Source: an uncultured Candidatus Binatia bacterium (lineage in GTDB: Bacteria; Desulfobacterota; Binatia; UBA9968; JAJDTQ01). From it: a stretch of 64,000 bases of DNA. The stretch is from assembly GCA_965213675.1 (NCBI GenBank), contig OZ243916.1, forward strand, positions 1,824,001 through 1,888,000, read 5' to 3'. Positions 46,349 through 55,118 of this stretch are shown one piece after another (the first letter of the stretch is position 1; every line of letters begins with the position of its first letter). The notes beneath the pieces were generated by a model, which worked only from the letters and a program-made list of their open reading frames with translations, was not told the origin of the DNA and made no database searches. The position numbers and the translations under genes were made by a program.

Positions 46349-47140
46349 TCACGCGCGCTTGGCCAGAGGCAGGGCGGCATCGCGCCGGTCTGCGCGCACC
46401 TGCTGCCTGAAGGAAAGGTATTTGCTCACGCCCCGCGCAACCCCCGTGACAGTACGCCGCCACGGGCCAATCGTGTAGTTGGCCGCGGGCTCGTTGCGGC
46501 TCGACACCGAACGACTCGTGCCGATGAACGTCCCCTCGTATCCACCGTGATGGACCACCGGCGGATCCACGTAGAATACGTTGAGGCCGTTGGTCCAATG
46601 GCGCAACATGGCATGATCCGATGACAGAACCATCTTCGGCGTGGTCTCCAGAAAATGCCTTGCAGCCCTCCGTGTAATCACAAGTCCCTCGGTCCCACTA
46701 TCGGAGTAGCGTACTCTCCCGGCGGTATGTTGACTTGTCAAGCGGGCGCAAGGATAATAACGCCGTCGAGGATGTCGTCTATGCAACGCGACGACGTCAA
46801 ACCCGAACGTCTCTTCATCGAGGGCCTCCAGAACGCCGGGCAGTGAAGACTCAAGACGTGCATCATCTTCGAACAGCCCCAACCGTTCGGGCCCGTGCTC
46901 CACGAGTTCCGCCAGGACCTCCCGTCGGGTCAACCAGTTGGCGATGGCGCCATCGGCCGGCGGACCCATCCCCGATCGCCGCCGGCTCTCCCAGTCGACC
47001 TGCGAGAGTTGGGCCTGGGTCAGGGCCCGACCGTCGATGGCTTCCTTGATCTCGAATGTGAGCCCCACCGCAGCGAATTCCCGTGCCATCCGCTGACGCC
47101 GCTCGGCGGCGCGCTTGAGATTGATGACGATAATGCGCAT
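46349..47140 (-). CDS. Glycosyltransferase family 25
   Basis: VINLKRAAERR, EAIDGRAL, LFEDDA. Confidence 0.88.
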   Translation of the reverse strand: MRIIVINLKRAAERRQRMAREFAAVGLTFEIKEAIDGRALTQAQLSQVDWESRRRSGMGPPADGAIANWLTRREVLAELVEHGPERLGLFEDDARLESSLPGVLEALDEETFGFDVVALHRRHPRRRYYPCARLTSQHTAGRVRYSDSGTEGLVITRRAARHFLETTPKMVLSSDHAMLRHWTNGLNVFYVDPPVVHHGGYEGTFIGTSRSVSSRNEPAANYTIGPWRRTVTGVARGVSKYLSFRQQVRADRRDAALPLAKRA

Positions 47141-47173
47141 GCGTACATTCCGTGTTCACAATCGCCGGGGCGG

Positions 47174-48412
47174 TCACCGGGTGAACGCCCCGGCGCTCCG
47201 GAGCGCCGCGATCTCGCCGGCGTCGTAGCCAAGGACCTCGTGCAGGACCTCGTCGGTGTGCTCGCCCAGGAGCGGCGAACGTTTCACTTCCACGGGCGAG
47301 TCCGAGAGCTTGATGGGGCAGCCGACGTTGTGCCACTTGCCACGCTCGGGATGGTCCACCTCGACCATCATCTCGCGTAGCTGGACGTGCTCGTCGTGGG
47401 ACAGGTCCTGGGTGCTCATGATCGGGCCGCAGGGAACGTCGAGGTCGTTCAAAATCTCCATCAGTTCCCATTTGGTGTAGTCGCGCGCGAACTCCGTGAG
47501 CAGGCGCCACATCTCGGCCTGATTGGCGCGGCGGACGTCGATATCGACGAAGCGCGGGTCGCGGCTGAGGGCTTCGCCGCCGATGCGTGTGGCGAGAGCG
47601 GTCCACACATGTTCCTGCACCACCACGTAGAGCCAGTCGTTGGCGCCGCCGGGCTTGCACGGAATGGCGTTGCCGAGTTGGCCGCCGCCCGAGTCGTTGC
47701 CCGCCCGGGGGGTGAAGTCCTCGAATTCCTGCACCGAGTACTCCGCCAGCGGGCCATGCTCGATGCGCTGGTGGTCGCGGAACTTGACCCGGCAGAGATT
47801 CATGACGCAGTCCATCATGGCGCACTCGACGTACTGGCCGCGGCCGGTGCGTTCGCGCTGAAGCAAGGCCGCGAGGATTCCGGCCAGCAGATGCACGCCC
47901 GTGCCGGAGTCGCCGATCTGAGCGCCGGTGACCACCGGCGGGCCGTCGAACATGCCGCTGGTGCTCATGGCCCCGCCCATGGCCTGGGCCACGTTCTCAT
48001 AGGCCTTGAAGGCGGCGTACGGCCCCGCGCTGCCGAACCCCTTGATGGAGCCCATGATCATCCGCGGGTTCAACGCGCGCACCGTCTCCCAGCCGAACCC
48101 GAGACGCTCCAGCACGCCCGGGCCGAAGTTTTCCAGCAACACGTCGCACGCCTTCACCAGCCGGGTGAAAACTTCCTTGCCCTGGGGGTGCTTCAGGTTC
48201 ACCGTGATGGAGCGCTTGTTGCAGTTCAGCATGGTGAAGTAGAGGCTGTCGGCGTCGGGGATGTCCCGGAGCTGCTTGCGCGTGGCGTCGCCCGCGGGCG
48301 ACTCGAGCTTGATCACATCGGCGCCGAGGAAAGCCATGAGCTGACTCGAGGTGGGACCTGCCTGGACATGGGTCATGTCCAGGATGCGAATGCCGGAGAG
48401 TGCCTTGTCCAT
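47174..48412 (-). CDS. frc: Formyl-CoA transferase (CoA-transferase family III)
   Basis: DMTHVQAGP, DSLYFTMLNCNKRS, KAYENVAQAMGG, GAQIGDSGTG, PRAGNDSGGGQ. Confidence 0.9.
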   Translation of the reverse strand: MDKALSGIRILDMTHVQAGPTSSQLMAFLGADVIKLESPAGDATRKQLRDIPDADSLYFTMLNCNKRSITVNLKHPQGKEVFTRLVKACDVLLENFGPGVLERLGFGWETVRALNPRMIMGSIKGFGSAGPYAAFKAYENVAQAMGGAMSTSGMFDGPPVVTGAQIGDSGTGVHLLAGILAALLQRERTGRGQYVECAMMDCVMNLCRVKFRDHQRIEHGPLAEYSVQEFEDFTPRAGNDSGGGQLGNAIPCKPGGANDWLYVVVQEHVWTALATRIGGEALSRDPRFVDIDVRRANQAEMWRLLTEFARDYTKWELMEILNDLDVPCGPIMSTQDLSHDEHVQLREMMVEVDHPERGKWHNVGCPIKLSDSPVEVKRSPLLGEHTDEVLHEVLGYDAGEIAALRSAGAFTR

Positions 48413-48445
48413 GAAGTTTCCTGATTGCCTGTCGAAAGTGTTGCG

Positions 48446-50212
48446 CTACTTGTACATGGTCTGACGCCTGGTGCCGGGCGCCCACTCGCCTGCGTCCACC
48501 CAGATATTGACCACCGCCGATCTGCCGGTGGCGCGCACGGACTCCCGCGCCCGGCCCAGCGCCGGCGCGATCTCGCGGCAGTCGGTGACTTCCTCGCCGT
48601 AACCGCCGAGCATTTCGGCAAACCGGGAGAACGGCACGTCGCCCAGCAGGTTGCCGACGTTGCCGCGCTCTTGGCCGTACTTGGAAAGCTGGCCGTAGCG
48701 GATCTGGTTCATGGCCGAATTGTTGCCGATGACCGCGATGTAAGGGGCGTCGAAGCGGTTGGCGGTCTCCATGTCGAAGGCGGTCATGCCGAAGGAGCCG
48801 TCGCCGTAGTAGCACAGCACTTCCTTCCGGGGGTTTACGAGCTTGGACGCCAGCGCGAAACCCGTGCCTACGCCCAAGGCGCCCAGGGCGCCCGGATCCA
48901 TCCAGTTGCCCGGAGCCCGCGGCTCCACCGCCTGAGCGCTGATGGTCACCACGTCGCCGCCGTCGCCGATGTAGATGGTGTCCTCGGTGAGGAACTCGTT
49001 GAGTTCCCAGGCCACCCGGTAGGGATGGATGGGGTTGGCCTCGGACTGGAACAACGGCATGAGCCTGGCCGCCCGCTCCCCCTCGAGCCCGCGGAGGTGC
49101 GCCAGCCAGCGCGCGCGGCCCTCGGCGCCGTTGTCCGGCCGTTCGCCCACCGCCGCGTGCACCGCCTTGAGGATCGCGCCGGGATCGCCCACGAGCCCCA
49201 GGGAGACGTCGCGGTTTTTGGCCACCGTGCGGTAGTCCATGTCGATGTGGACGACCTGGGCGTCGGCGCGCAGCCGGCGGCCGTAGCCCATGCGGAAATC
49301 AAAGGGCGTGCCCACGATGACGATGACGTCGGCCTCGTTGAAGGCGTCGGCGCGGGTGCGGTTGAAGCCATGCGGGTCGCCCGGCGGCAGCACCCCGCGC
49401 GCCGCCCCGTTCATGTAGCACGGCACGTTGAGCGCCTTGAACAGCGCCGTGGCGGCCTCGTGGCCGCGACAGGTCCACACTTGCGTGCCCAGCAACACCG
49501 CCGGTCGCTCGGAACGCACCAGCAACTCCGCCAGCTTCTCCACGGCGGCTGGATCACCGATGGACCGGGTGGAGGCGCGGGAGCGCCCGGCCTCGGGCAC
49601 GACGGCCTTGTCCGCCGGCACCTCGCGGTCGAGCACGTCCCGGGGAATCTCCAGGTAGCTCGGTCCCGGAGCCCCGGCAAAGCACTCGCGCGCGGCCATG
49701 GCGACCATGTCGGCGATGCGCTCGGTGGAGCGCACGCTCGCCGAAAACTTGGTGATGGGCGCGGCGATGTCCACGTGCGGGAGATCCTGAAGCGAGCCCA
49801 TCTTGTGCTGAGTGAGCGCTCCTTGCCCGCCGATGTGCAGCACCGGGCTCTCGGACCGGAACGCCGTGGCGATGCCCGTGAGCGCGTTGGTGAAGCCTGG
49901 CCCCGCGGTCGTCACCACGCAGCCCAACCGGCCCGTCTGCCGGGCGTAGCCGTCCGCCGCGTGAGCCGCCACCTGCTCGTGGCGCACGTCCACCACGCGG
50001 ATGCCGTGGTCGATGCAACCGTCGTAGATGTCGATGATGTGGCCGCCGCACAGGGTGAAGATCGTGTCCACCCCCTCGTTCCTGAGGGCCGCCGCCACCA
50101 AATGGCCGCCGGAGACGACGTTCTCGTCCCGACTCTTCCGCGCCAGCGTGTCCTCCGCGGTGCTGGACATTCCCGATTGGGATGCCCTCTTGTCGTCTCC
50201 AGCCTTTTCCAT
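48446..50212 (-). CDS. ThDP-dependent enzyme of the oxalyl-CoA decarboxylase / 2-hydroxyacyl-CoA lyase family
   Basis: RHEQVAAHAADGY, TAGPG, GSLQDL, DPGALGALGVG, GDGSFG...GNN; directly upstream of frc. Confidence 0.8.
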   Translation of the reverse strand: MEKAGDDKRASQSGMSSTAEDTLARKSRDENVVSGGHLVAAALRNEGVDTIFTLCGGHIIDIYDGCIDHGIRVVDVRHEQVAAHAADGYARQTGRLGCVVTTAGPGFTNALTGIATAFRSESPVLHIGGQGALTQHKMGSLQDLPHVDIAAPITKFSASVRSTERIADMVAMAARECFAGAPGPSYLEIPRDVLDREVPADKAVVPEAGRSRASTRSIGDPAAVEKLAELLVRSERPAVLLGTQVWTCRGHEAATALFKALNVPCYMNGAARGVLPPGDPHGFNRTRADAFNEADVIVIVGTPFDFRMGYGRRLRADAQVVHIDMDYRTVAKNRDVSLGLVGDPGAILKAVHAAVGERPDNGAEGRARWLAHLRGLEGERAARLMPLFQSEANPIHPYRVAWELNEFLTEDTIYIGDGGDVVTISAQAVEPRAPGNWMDPGALGALGVGTGFALASKLVNPRKEVLCYYGDGSFGMTAFDMETANRFDAPYIAVIGNNSAMNQIRYGQLSKYGQERGNVGNLLGDVPFSRFAEMLGGYGEEVTDCREIAPALGRARESVRATGRSAVVNIWVDAGEWAPGTRRQTMYK

Positions 50213-50284
50213 GGTTCCGTGTCCTCGCCGATGCGCAGGCGGCCGACTCACTCCGGTGCGGCGACTCGCAATCAGACCGAATTT

Positions 50285-50313
50285 AGTTAACTTTTGTGCG
50301 TTGCATCTGTCAA
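50285..50313 (-). promoter_or_regulatory. Putative sigma70 promoter for the ThDP enzyme-frc operon
   Basis: Minus strand TTGACA-N17-TTAACT in an AT-rich patch. Confidence 0.5.
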
Positions 50314-50617
50314 TCAGACTTGGCGGCATGACCATTGCCGCGACAGGGCGACATGCGGCGCAGGGAGGGCGGCAAATGGAGTGGCGCCGCATGGGTGGAC
50401 AGCACAAGACGGTCGCCAGCAGCGTTGCAGGGTGTGCCGTCCCGCGTTGCCATTGAAACTACCGCGTTCCTCCCAGGCCTCTCCTTGCTTCCAGCTCATG
50501 CCACATTGGGGTAGAGTACGAATCGTACGGGCCGCGGTCCAGGAGCTTGCGGCGCAGGCTCCTGGACCGGGCCTGGAGGGGCGAACCCGCAAACGCCACA
50601 CACTTGCAGGACAGTCC

Positions 50618-51013
50618 ATGAGCCATGAAGGGAATTCGACGACACCGACCAAGGGCAAACGCGGCATGACCCGGATCTGGCGCGCGCTGGGTTACTCGAT
50701 GGCAGGACTCGGGAGCGCCTTCCGCAACGAGGCGGCGTTCCGCCAGGAGCTCGGCCTCACAGCAGTGCTGTTCGTGATTGCGATGGCGCTGCCCGCATCG
50801 CTTGTGCAGAAGGCGCTGCTCATGCACACCGTGCTGTTCGTCCTCGTAGCCGAACTGCTCAACTCCGCGGTGGAAGCGGCCGTCGACCGCATCTCGCTCG
50901 ACAAGGACGCCTTGGCGAAGCAGGCCAAGGACATCGCCAGCGCGGCGGTATTCGTGAGCCTGATGGGCTGCGTGCTGGTGTGGACGCTGGTGCTGTATGA
51001 CATCTTCGGTTGA
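50618..51013 (+). CDS. dgkA: Diacylglycerol kinase
   Basis: ALGYSMAGL, EAAFRQE, ELLNSAVEAAVDRIS, AKDIASAAV. Confidence 0.93.
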   Translation: MSHEGNSTTPTKGKRGMTRIWRALGYSMAGLGSAFRNEAAFRQELGLTAVLFVIAMALPASLVQKALLMHTVLFVLVAELLNSAVEAAVDRISLDKDALAKQAKDIASAAVFVSLMGCVLVWTLVLYDIFG

Positions 51014-51037
51014 ACGCGCCGCCCGGAGTCGTCGAAG

Positions 51038-51883
51038 ATGCCCCTGACCCTCACCCAGGTCGATGCCTTCACCCACGAGCCATTCGCCGGGAACCCAGCC
51101 GCGGTGTGCCTGTTGCCCGCTCCCGCCGGCAGCGCGTGGATGCAGCGCGTGGCGCGCGAGATGAATCTGTCCGAGACCGCGTTCCTGGTTCGGCGGGCTG
51201 ACGGCGAGTTCGACCTGCGATGGTTCACACCGGCCGTCGAGGTCGATCTTTGCGGTCATGCCACGCTGGCCAGTGCCCACGCGTTGTGGGAGGAGGGGCG
51301 CCTGCCGCGGGAAACACCGGCCGTCTTCCACACCCGTTCCGGTCGCTTGTCCGCGGTGTTGCGCGACGGCTGGATCGAAATGGATTTCCCCGCGGAACCG
51401 GCGAAACCCGCGCCCGCGCCCCAAGGGTTGGCCGAAGCCCTCGGGGCAGAACCGGCCTGCGTCGGGCGGAACCGCCTCGACTACCTCATCGAGGTCGATA
51501 CACAAGCCACCGTCGAGGGGCTTGCACCGGACTTTGCGAGGCTCAGGAAGCTGAAAACCCGCGGAATCATCGTCACCGCGCGGGCGGACAGCGAAGACCT
51601 CGACTTCGTGTCGCGCTTCTTCGCACCCGGCACCGGCATCGACGAAGACCCGGTCACCGGGTCGGCCCATTGCTGCCTCGGACCCTACTGGCGCGACCGG
51701 CTCGGCCGGGACGCGCTCACGGCCCGGCAAGTGTCCGAACGAGGCGGTCTTGTCAAGGTCGTCGTCCGCGGCCACCGCGTCCTGCTCCTGGGCCAAGCCG
51801 TCACAGTGCTTCGCGGCGAACTGCTGGCCCAGCCGGCTCACTGGGACTCCCGGTCATTCACGTCATCAAATCCCGTTGGGTGA
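51038..51883 (+). CDS. PhzF family epimerase/isomerase
   Basis: QVDAFT..PFAGNPAAV, EMNLSETAF, EVDLCGHATLA, EDPVTGSAHC. Confidence 0.93.
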   Translation: MPLTLTQVDAFTHEPFAGNPAAVCLLPAPAGSAWMQRVAREMNLSETAFLVRRADGEFDLRWFTPAVEVDLCGHATLASAHALWEEGRLPRETPAVFHTRSGRLSAVLRDGWIEMDFPAEPAKPAPAPQGLAEALGAEPACVGRNRLDYLIEVDTQATVEGLAPDFARLRKLKTRGIIVTARADSEDLDFVSRFFAPGTGIDEDPVTGSAHCCLGPYWRDRLGRDALTARQVSERGGLVKVVVRGHRVLLLGQAVTVLRGELLAQPAHWDSRSFTSSNPVG

Positions 51884-52081
51884 ACGCGGCGGCTTTGCCG
51901 CGTCCGTCTGCTCTCTGAGCGGCCGGCAGGTCGTGAAACCGTGGCGCATCACGTCAACCGCGACAGGCAGGTTGCTTTCGTGAAACAGCGTCCACTGGTG
52001 ATTGATGGTTCTCGCATCGAGTTGGCCGGGAATGACCAGATCCATGTCCGAGTCCGGGCGGCAGGCGCCGATGGCGCGCCG
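51866..52081 (-). pseudogene. Remnant of a minimal nucleotidyltransferase (MNT-type)
   Basis: RAIGACRPDSDMDLVI...WTLFHESNLPVAVDV resembles GSRAxGxxRPxSDxDL...VDV; N-terminus and GS motif missing. Confidence 0.55.
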
Positions 52082-52110
52082 GCCGCCTTCTTTGTCCGGC
52101 ATCCAGCGAC

Positions 52111-53553
52111 TCAGGCGAGGCTGCCCACGGCGGCCTGGATGGCGCTCAGCAGTGGCGCGGGGTAGATGCCGAACCAGATGAGCAACACGGTCAGGCCGGC
52201 GAGCACGAGGCCCTCGGGTAATGAGAAGCGGCGGGTGGCGGGCAGGCGCGAGGACGGGTGCTCCGGGGCGGACAGGTACAGGGTGATGATAACGCGCAGG
52301 TAGTAGTAGAGGCCGATGACGCTGCTCACCACCAGCAGCAGGACCAGGGCCCAGAGGTCGGAGAACACACCGGCGGTGAGCACGTAGAACTTGCCCACGA
52401 ACCCGGCCGTCAGCGGAATCCCGGCCAGCGAGAACAGCATCAGCGTAAGCGCGCCGCTCACCCAGGGGCGGCGCCAGAACAGGCCGCGGTAATCGCCGAT
52501 CTCGTCGGCCTCCTTGTGTTCGTCCGAGAGCGCGGTGATGATGCCGAAGATGCCCAGGGAGGTGACGAAGTAGGCCACCAGGTAGAACGTCACCGCCTGC
52601 GACCCTTCCCGGGAGGCGGCGATCACGGCCACCAGCAGGTAGCCCATATGCGCGATGGACGAATAGGCCAGCAGGCGCTTGAGATTGTCCTGCAAGAGCG
52701 CCAGCAGGTTGCCGAGGAACATCGAGAGCACCGCGATGACCGCCAGCACCGTGGCCACCGAATCGTAGTCCAGGAGCCCGCTGTACTGCCCGTAGCGCAG
52801 CAGCAGCGCCACCATCGCGCCCTTGGAAACCGTGGTGAGGTAAGCCGTGACGGGCGTGGGCGCCCCTTGGTAGACGTCCGGCGCCCACATGTGGAACGGC
52901 GCCACCGCGAGCTTGAAGCCGGCGCCGACGATCAGCATGGCGAAGCCGCCGAGAAGCAGCACCGAAGGCTCACGGGTCTGGGCCGACAGCACCGAGGTCA
53001 TGGCGGTGAAGTCCATGGTGCCGAGGTCCGCGTAAATAAGCGCCATGCCGAAGAGCAGGAAGGCTGCCGAAGCGGCCGCCAGAATCAGGTATTTGATGCC
53101 GGATTCCAGCGCCGTGCGCGTGGTGCGCAGATAGGCGACGAGTCCGTAAAGGGAAACGCTGAGTATCTCCAGCCCCACGAAAAACGAAATGAAGTGGTTG
53201 CTGGCCGTCAATACGGCACAGCCGAAGGTGGCCAGCGTGAGCAGGAGATAGAACTCCTCGCGGTTTCCCGACACGCGCTCGAGGTAGCTGTACGACAGCA
53301 CGATGACGACCAGGGTCGCGGCCGACACCAAGCCGATGTAGAAGAGCGCGTATCCGTCGATGATCAGCAGCGGCGCCAGCGGCGGCGCGGCGCTGGTGGC
53401 GGTGCCGCTCAGCAGGGCCAGCGGCAGGGCCATGCCCACGAGCGAGATGAGCGCGGCGAGCCAGTGGCTCCGGCGGAACGAGATCACCAGCATGAGCACC
53501 AGTGGCGTCAAGCCCAACAGGACGATGGGGGTCAGTGCGCTGAAGGGGTTCAA
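52111..53553 (-). CDS. nuoN: NADH-quinone oxidoreductase subunit N
   Basis: ESGIKYLIL, FKLAVAPFHMWAPDVYQGAP, KRLLAYSSIAH; last gene of nuo operon. Confidence 0.95.
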   Translation of the reverse strand: MNPFSALTPIVLLGLTPLVLMLVISFRRSHWLAALISLVGMALPLALLSGTATSAAPPLAPLLIIDGYALFYIGLVSAATLVVIVLSYSYLERVSGNREEFYLLLTLATFGCAVLTASNHFISFFVGLEILSVSLYGLVAYLRTTRTALESGIKYLILAAASAAFLLFGMALIYADLGTMDFTAMTSVLSAQTREPSVLLLGGFAMLIVGAGFKLAVAPFHMWAPDVYQGAPTPVTAYLTTVSKGAMVALLLRYGQYSGLLDYDSVATVLAVIAVLSMFLGNLLALLQDNLKRLLAYSSIAHMGYLLVAVIAASREGSQAVTFYLVAYFVTSLGIFGIITALSDEHKEADEIGDYRGLFWRRPWVSGALTLMLFSLAGIPLTAGFVGKFYVLTAGVFSDLWALVLLLVVSSVIGLYYYLRVIITLYLSAPEHPSSRLPATRRFSLPEGLVLAGLTVLLIWFGIYPAPLLSAIQAAVGSLA

Positions 53554-55118
53554 GGCCGCTCACCTCCAACCAGCGATGTGGACGCGACCGCGCCGCGCGC
53601 CGCGCTGTCCGTGTCCACCGGGCGCGCAGCCGTGGCGCGGGTATGGGCGGCGAACTTCCGCATCTCGGCGAGGGCGTGTCCGGAAGTGGTCAACACCGGC
53701 TGCGGGTAGAGCCCGAGCCACAGCGTCGCGCCGATGAGCGAACCCATGATCGCCATCTCCCGGCCGCTCGTGTCATGGATCTGCCAGTCTCCCGCGTTGG
53801 CGCCGTAGTAGACCTTCTGCATCATCCAAAGCGAGTAAATCGTCGCGGCCACGAGACCCAGCGACGCCAGCACCGTCAGCGGCGCGTTCACCTGGAATGC
53901 GCCCAGCAGCACCAGAAACTCGCCCACGAAGCTCGCCAGTCCCGGCAATCCCAGCGACGCCATGGCAAAGAACAGGCCCACGCCGCCCATGCGTGGCATC
54001 ACCGCCCATAGACCGCCGAAACGTCCCAGCTCGCGGGTGTGCGTACGGTGCTGCAGGTCCCCCACCATGATGAACAGCGCGGCGGCGCTGAATCCGTGGG
54101 ACAGCATGATGATGATCGCCCCCTGAAGCGCCAGCTCGTTCCCCGCGAATATTCCCAGCAGCACGAAGCCCATGTGGCTGATGCTGGTGTACGCCACCAT
54201 GCGCTTCAGGTCAGTCTGGCCCAGGGCCAGGACCGCGCCGTAGAGGATGCCGGCCACGGCCAGGATCATGGCGAACACGGTGAAGTCCGCCACCGCCTGC
54301 GGAAACATCGGCACCACGAAACGGAGCATGCCGTAAGCGCCGATCTTGAGCACCAGGCCCGCCAGCGCCACGCTGCCCGCGGTGGGCGCCTGGGTATGGG
54401 CGTCGGGCAGCCAGGTGTGGAACGGCACCACCGGGAGCTTCACGGCAAAGGCGATGAAGAAGCCCAGCATGAGCCAGAACGCCTTGGTCTCCGACATGAC
54501 CGTGCCCAACAGATCCAGGTAGTCGAAGGTGATGACGCCTGTGGACTGCCAGTGCACGACCACCAGCCCCAGGATGGCCAGAAGCATCAACAGGCCACTC
54601 CCCTGGGTGACGATGAAAAACTTGGTGGTGGCGTAGACGCGGTTCTCGTAGCCCCAGATGCCGATGAGGAAATACAACGGCAAGAGCGAGATTTCCCAGA
54701 AGGCGAAGAAGAGGAACAGGTCGAAGGCGATGAATACCCCGGAAAGGGCCGTGAGAATGAAGAGCAGGTTGAAGTGGTAGAGGCCCACAGAACGGGTGAT
54801 GGAGTTCCAGGAGGCGAGCACCGCCAACACCGTGAGGAAGCTCGCCAGCAACAGCATCAACAGGCTGATGCCGTCCACGGCCAAGTGGAAGCTGATCCCC
54901 AACTGCGGGATCCACGGGTGCTTGGAGGCTATGAGCCACCCGTCCGGTGCGGGTGCGACGCGGGTGAAGAAGACGCTCCACGTCACGAGCAGCAGAAGCA
55001 GGTGGAGCAGCGCCGTTGCCAGCGCGATCCAGCGCGCCCACAGGTCGCTCCACCGCCCCGCGATCCACGCCGCGAGGCCGCCCGCGAAAGGCAAAAGCAG
55101 GATCCAGGCAAGGCTCAT
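53550..55118 (-). CDS. nuoM: NADH-quinone oxidoreductase subunit M
   Basis: VDGISL, FWE, AFAVKLPVVPFHTWLPDAH, SLGLPG. Confidence 0.95.
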   Translation of the reverse strand: MSLAWILLLPFAGGLAAWIAGRWSDLWARWIALATALLHLLLLLVTWSVFFTRVAPAPDGWLIASKHPWIPQLGISFHLAVDGISLLMLLLASFLTVLAVLASWNSITRSVGLYHFNLLFILTALSGVFIAFDLFLFFAFWEISLLPLYFLIGIWGYENRVYATTKFFIVTQGSGLLMLLAILGLVVVHWQSTGVITFDYLDLLGTVMSETKAFWLMLGFFIAFAVKLPVVPFHTWLPDAHTQAPTAGSVALAGLVLKIGAYGMLRFVVPMFPQAVADFTVFAMILAVAGILYGAVLALGQTDLKRMVAYTSISHMGFVLLGIFAGNELALQGAIIIMLSHGFSAAALFIMVGDLQHRTHTRELGRFGGLWAVMPRMGGVGLFFAMASLGLPGLASFVGEFLVLLGAFQVNAPLTVLASLGLVAATIYSLWMMQKVYYGANAGDWQIHDTSGREMAIMGSLIGATLWLGLYPQPVLTTSGHALAEMRKFAAHTRATAARPVDTDSAARGAVASTSLVGGERP

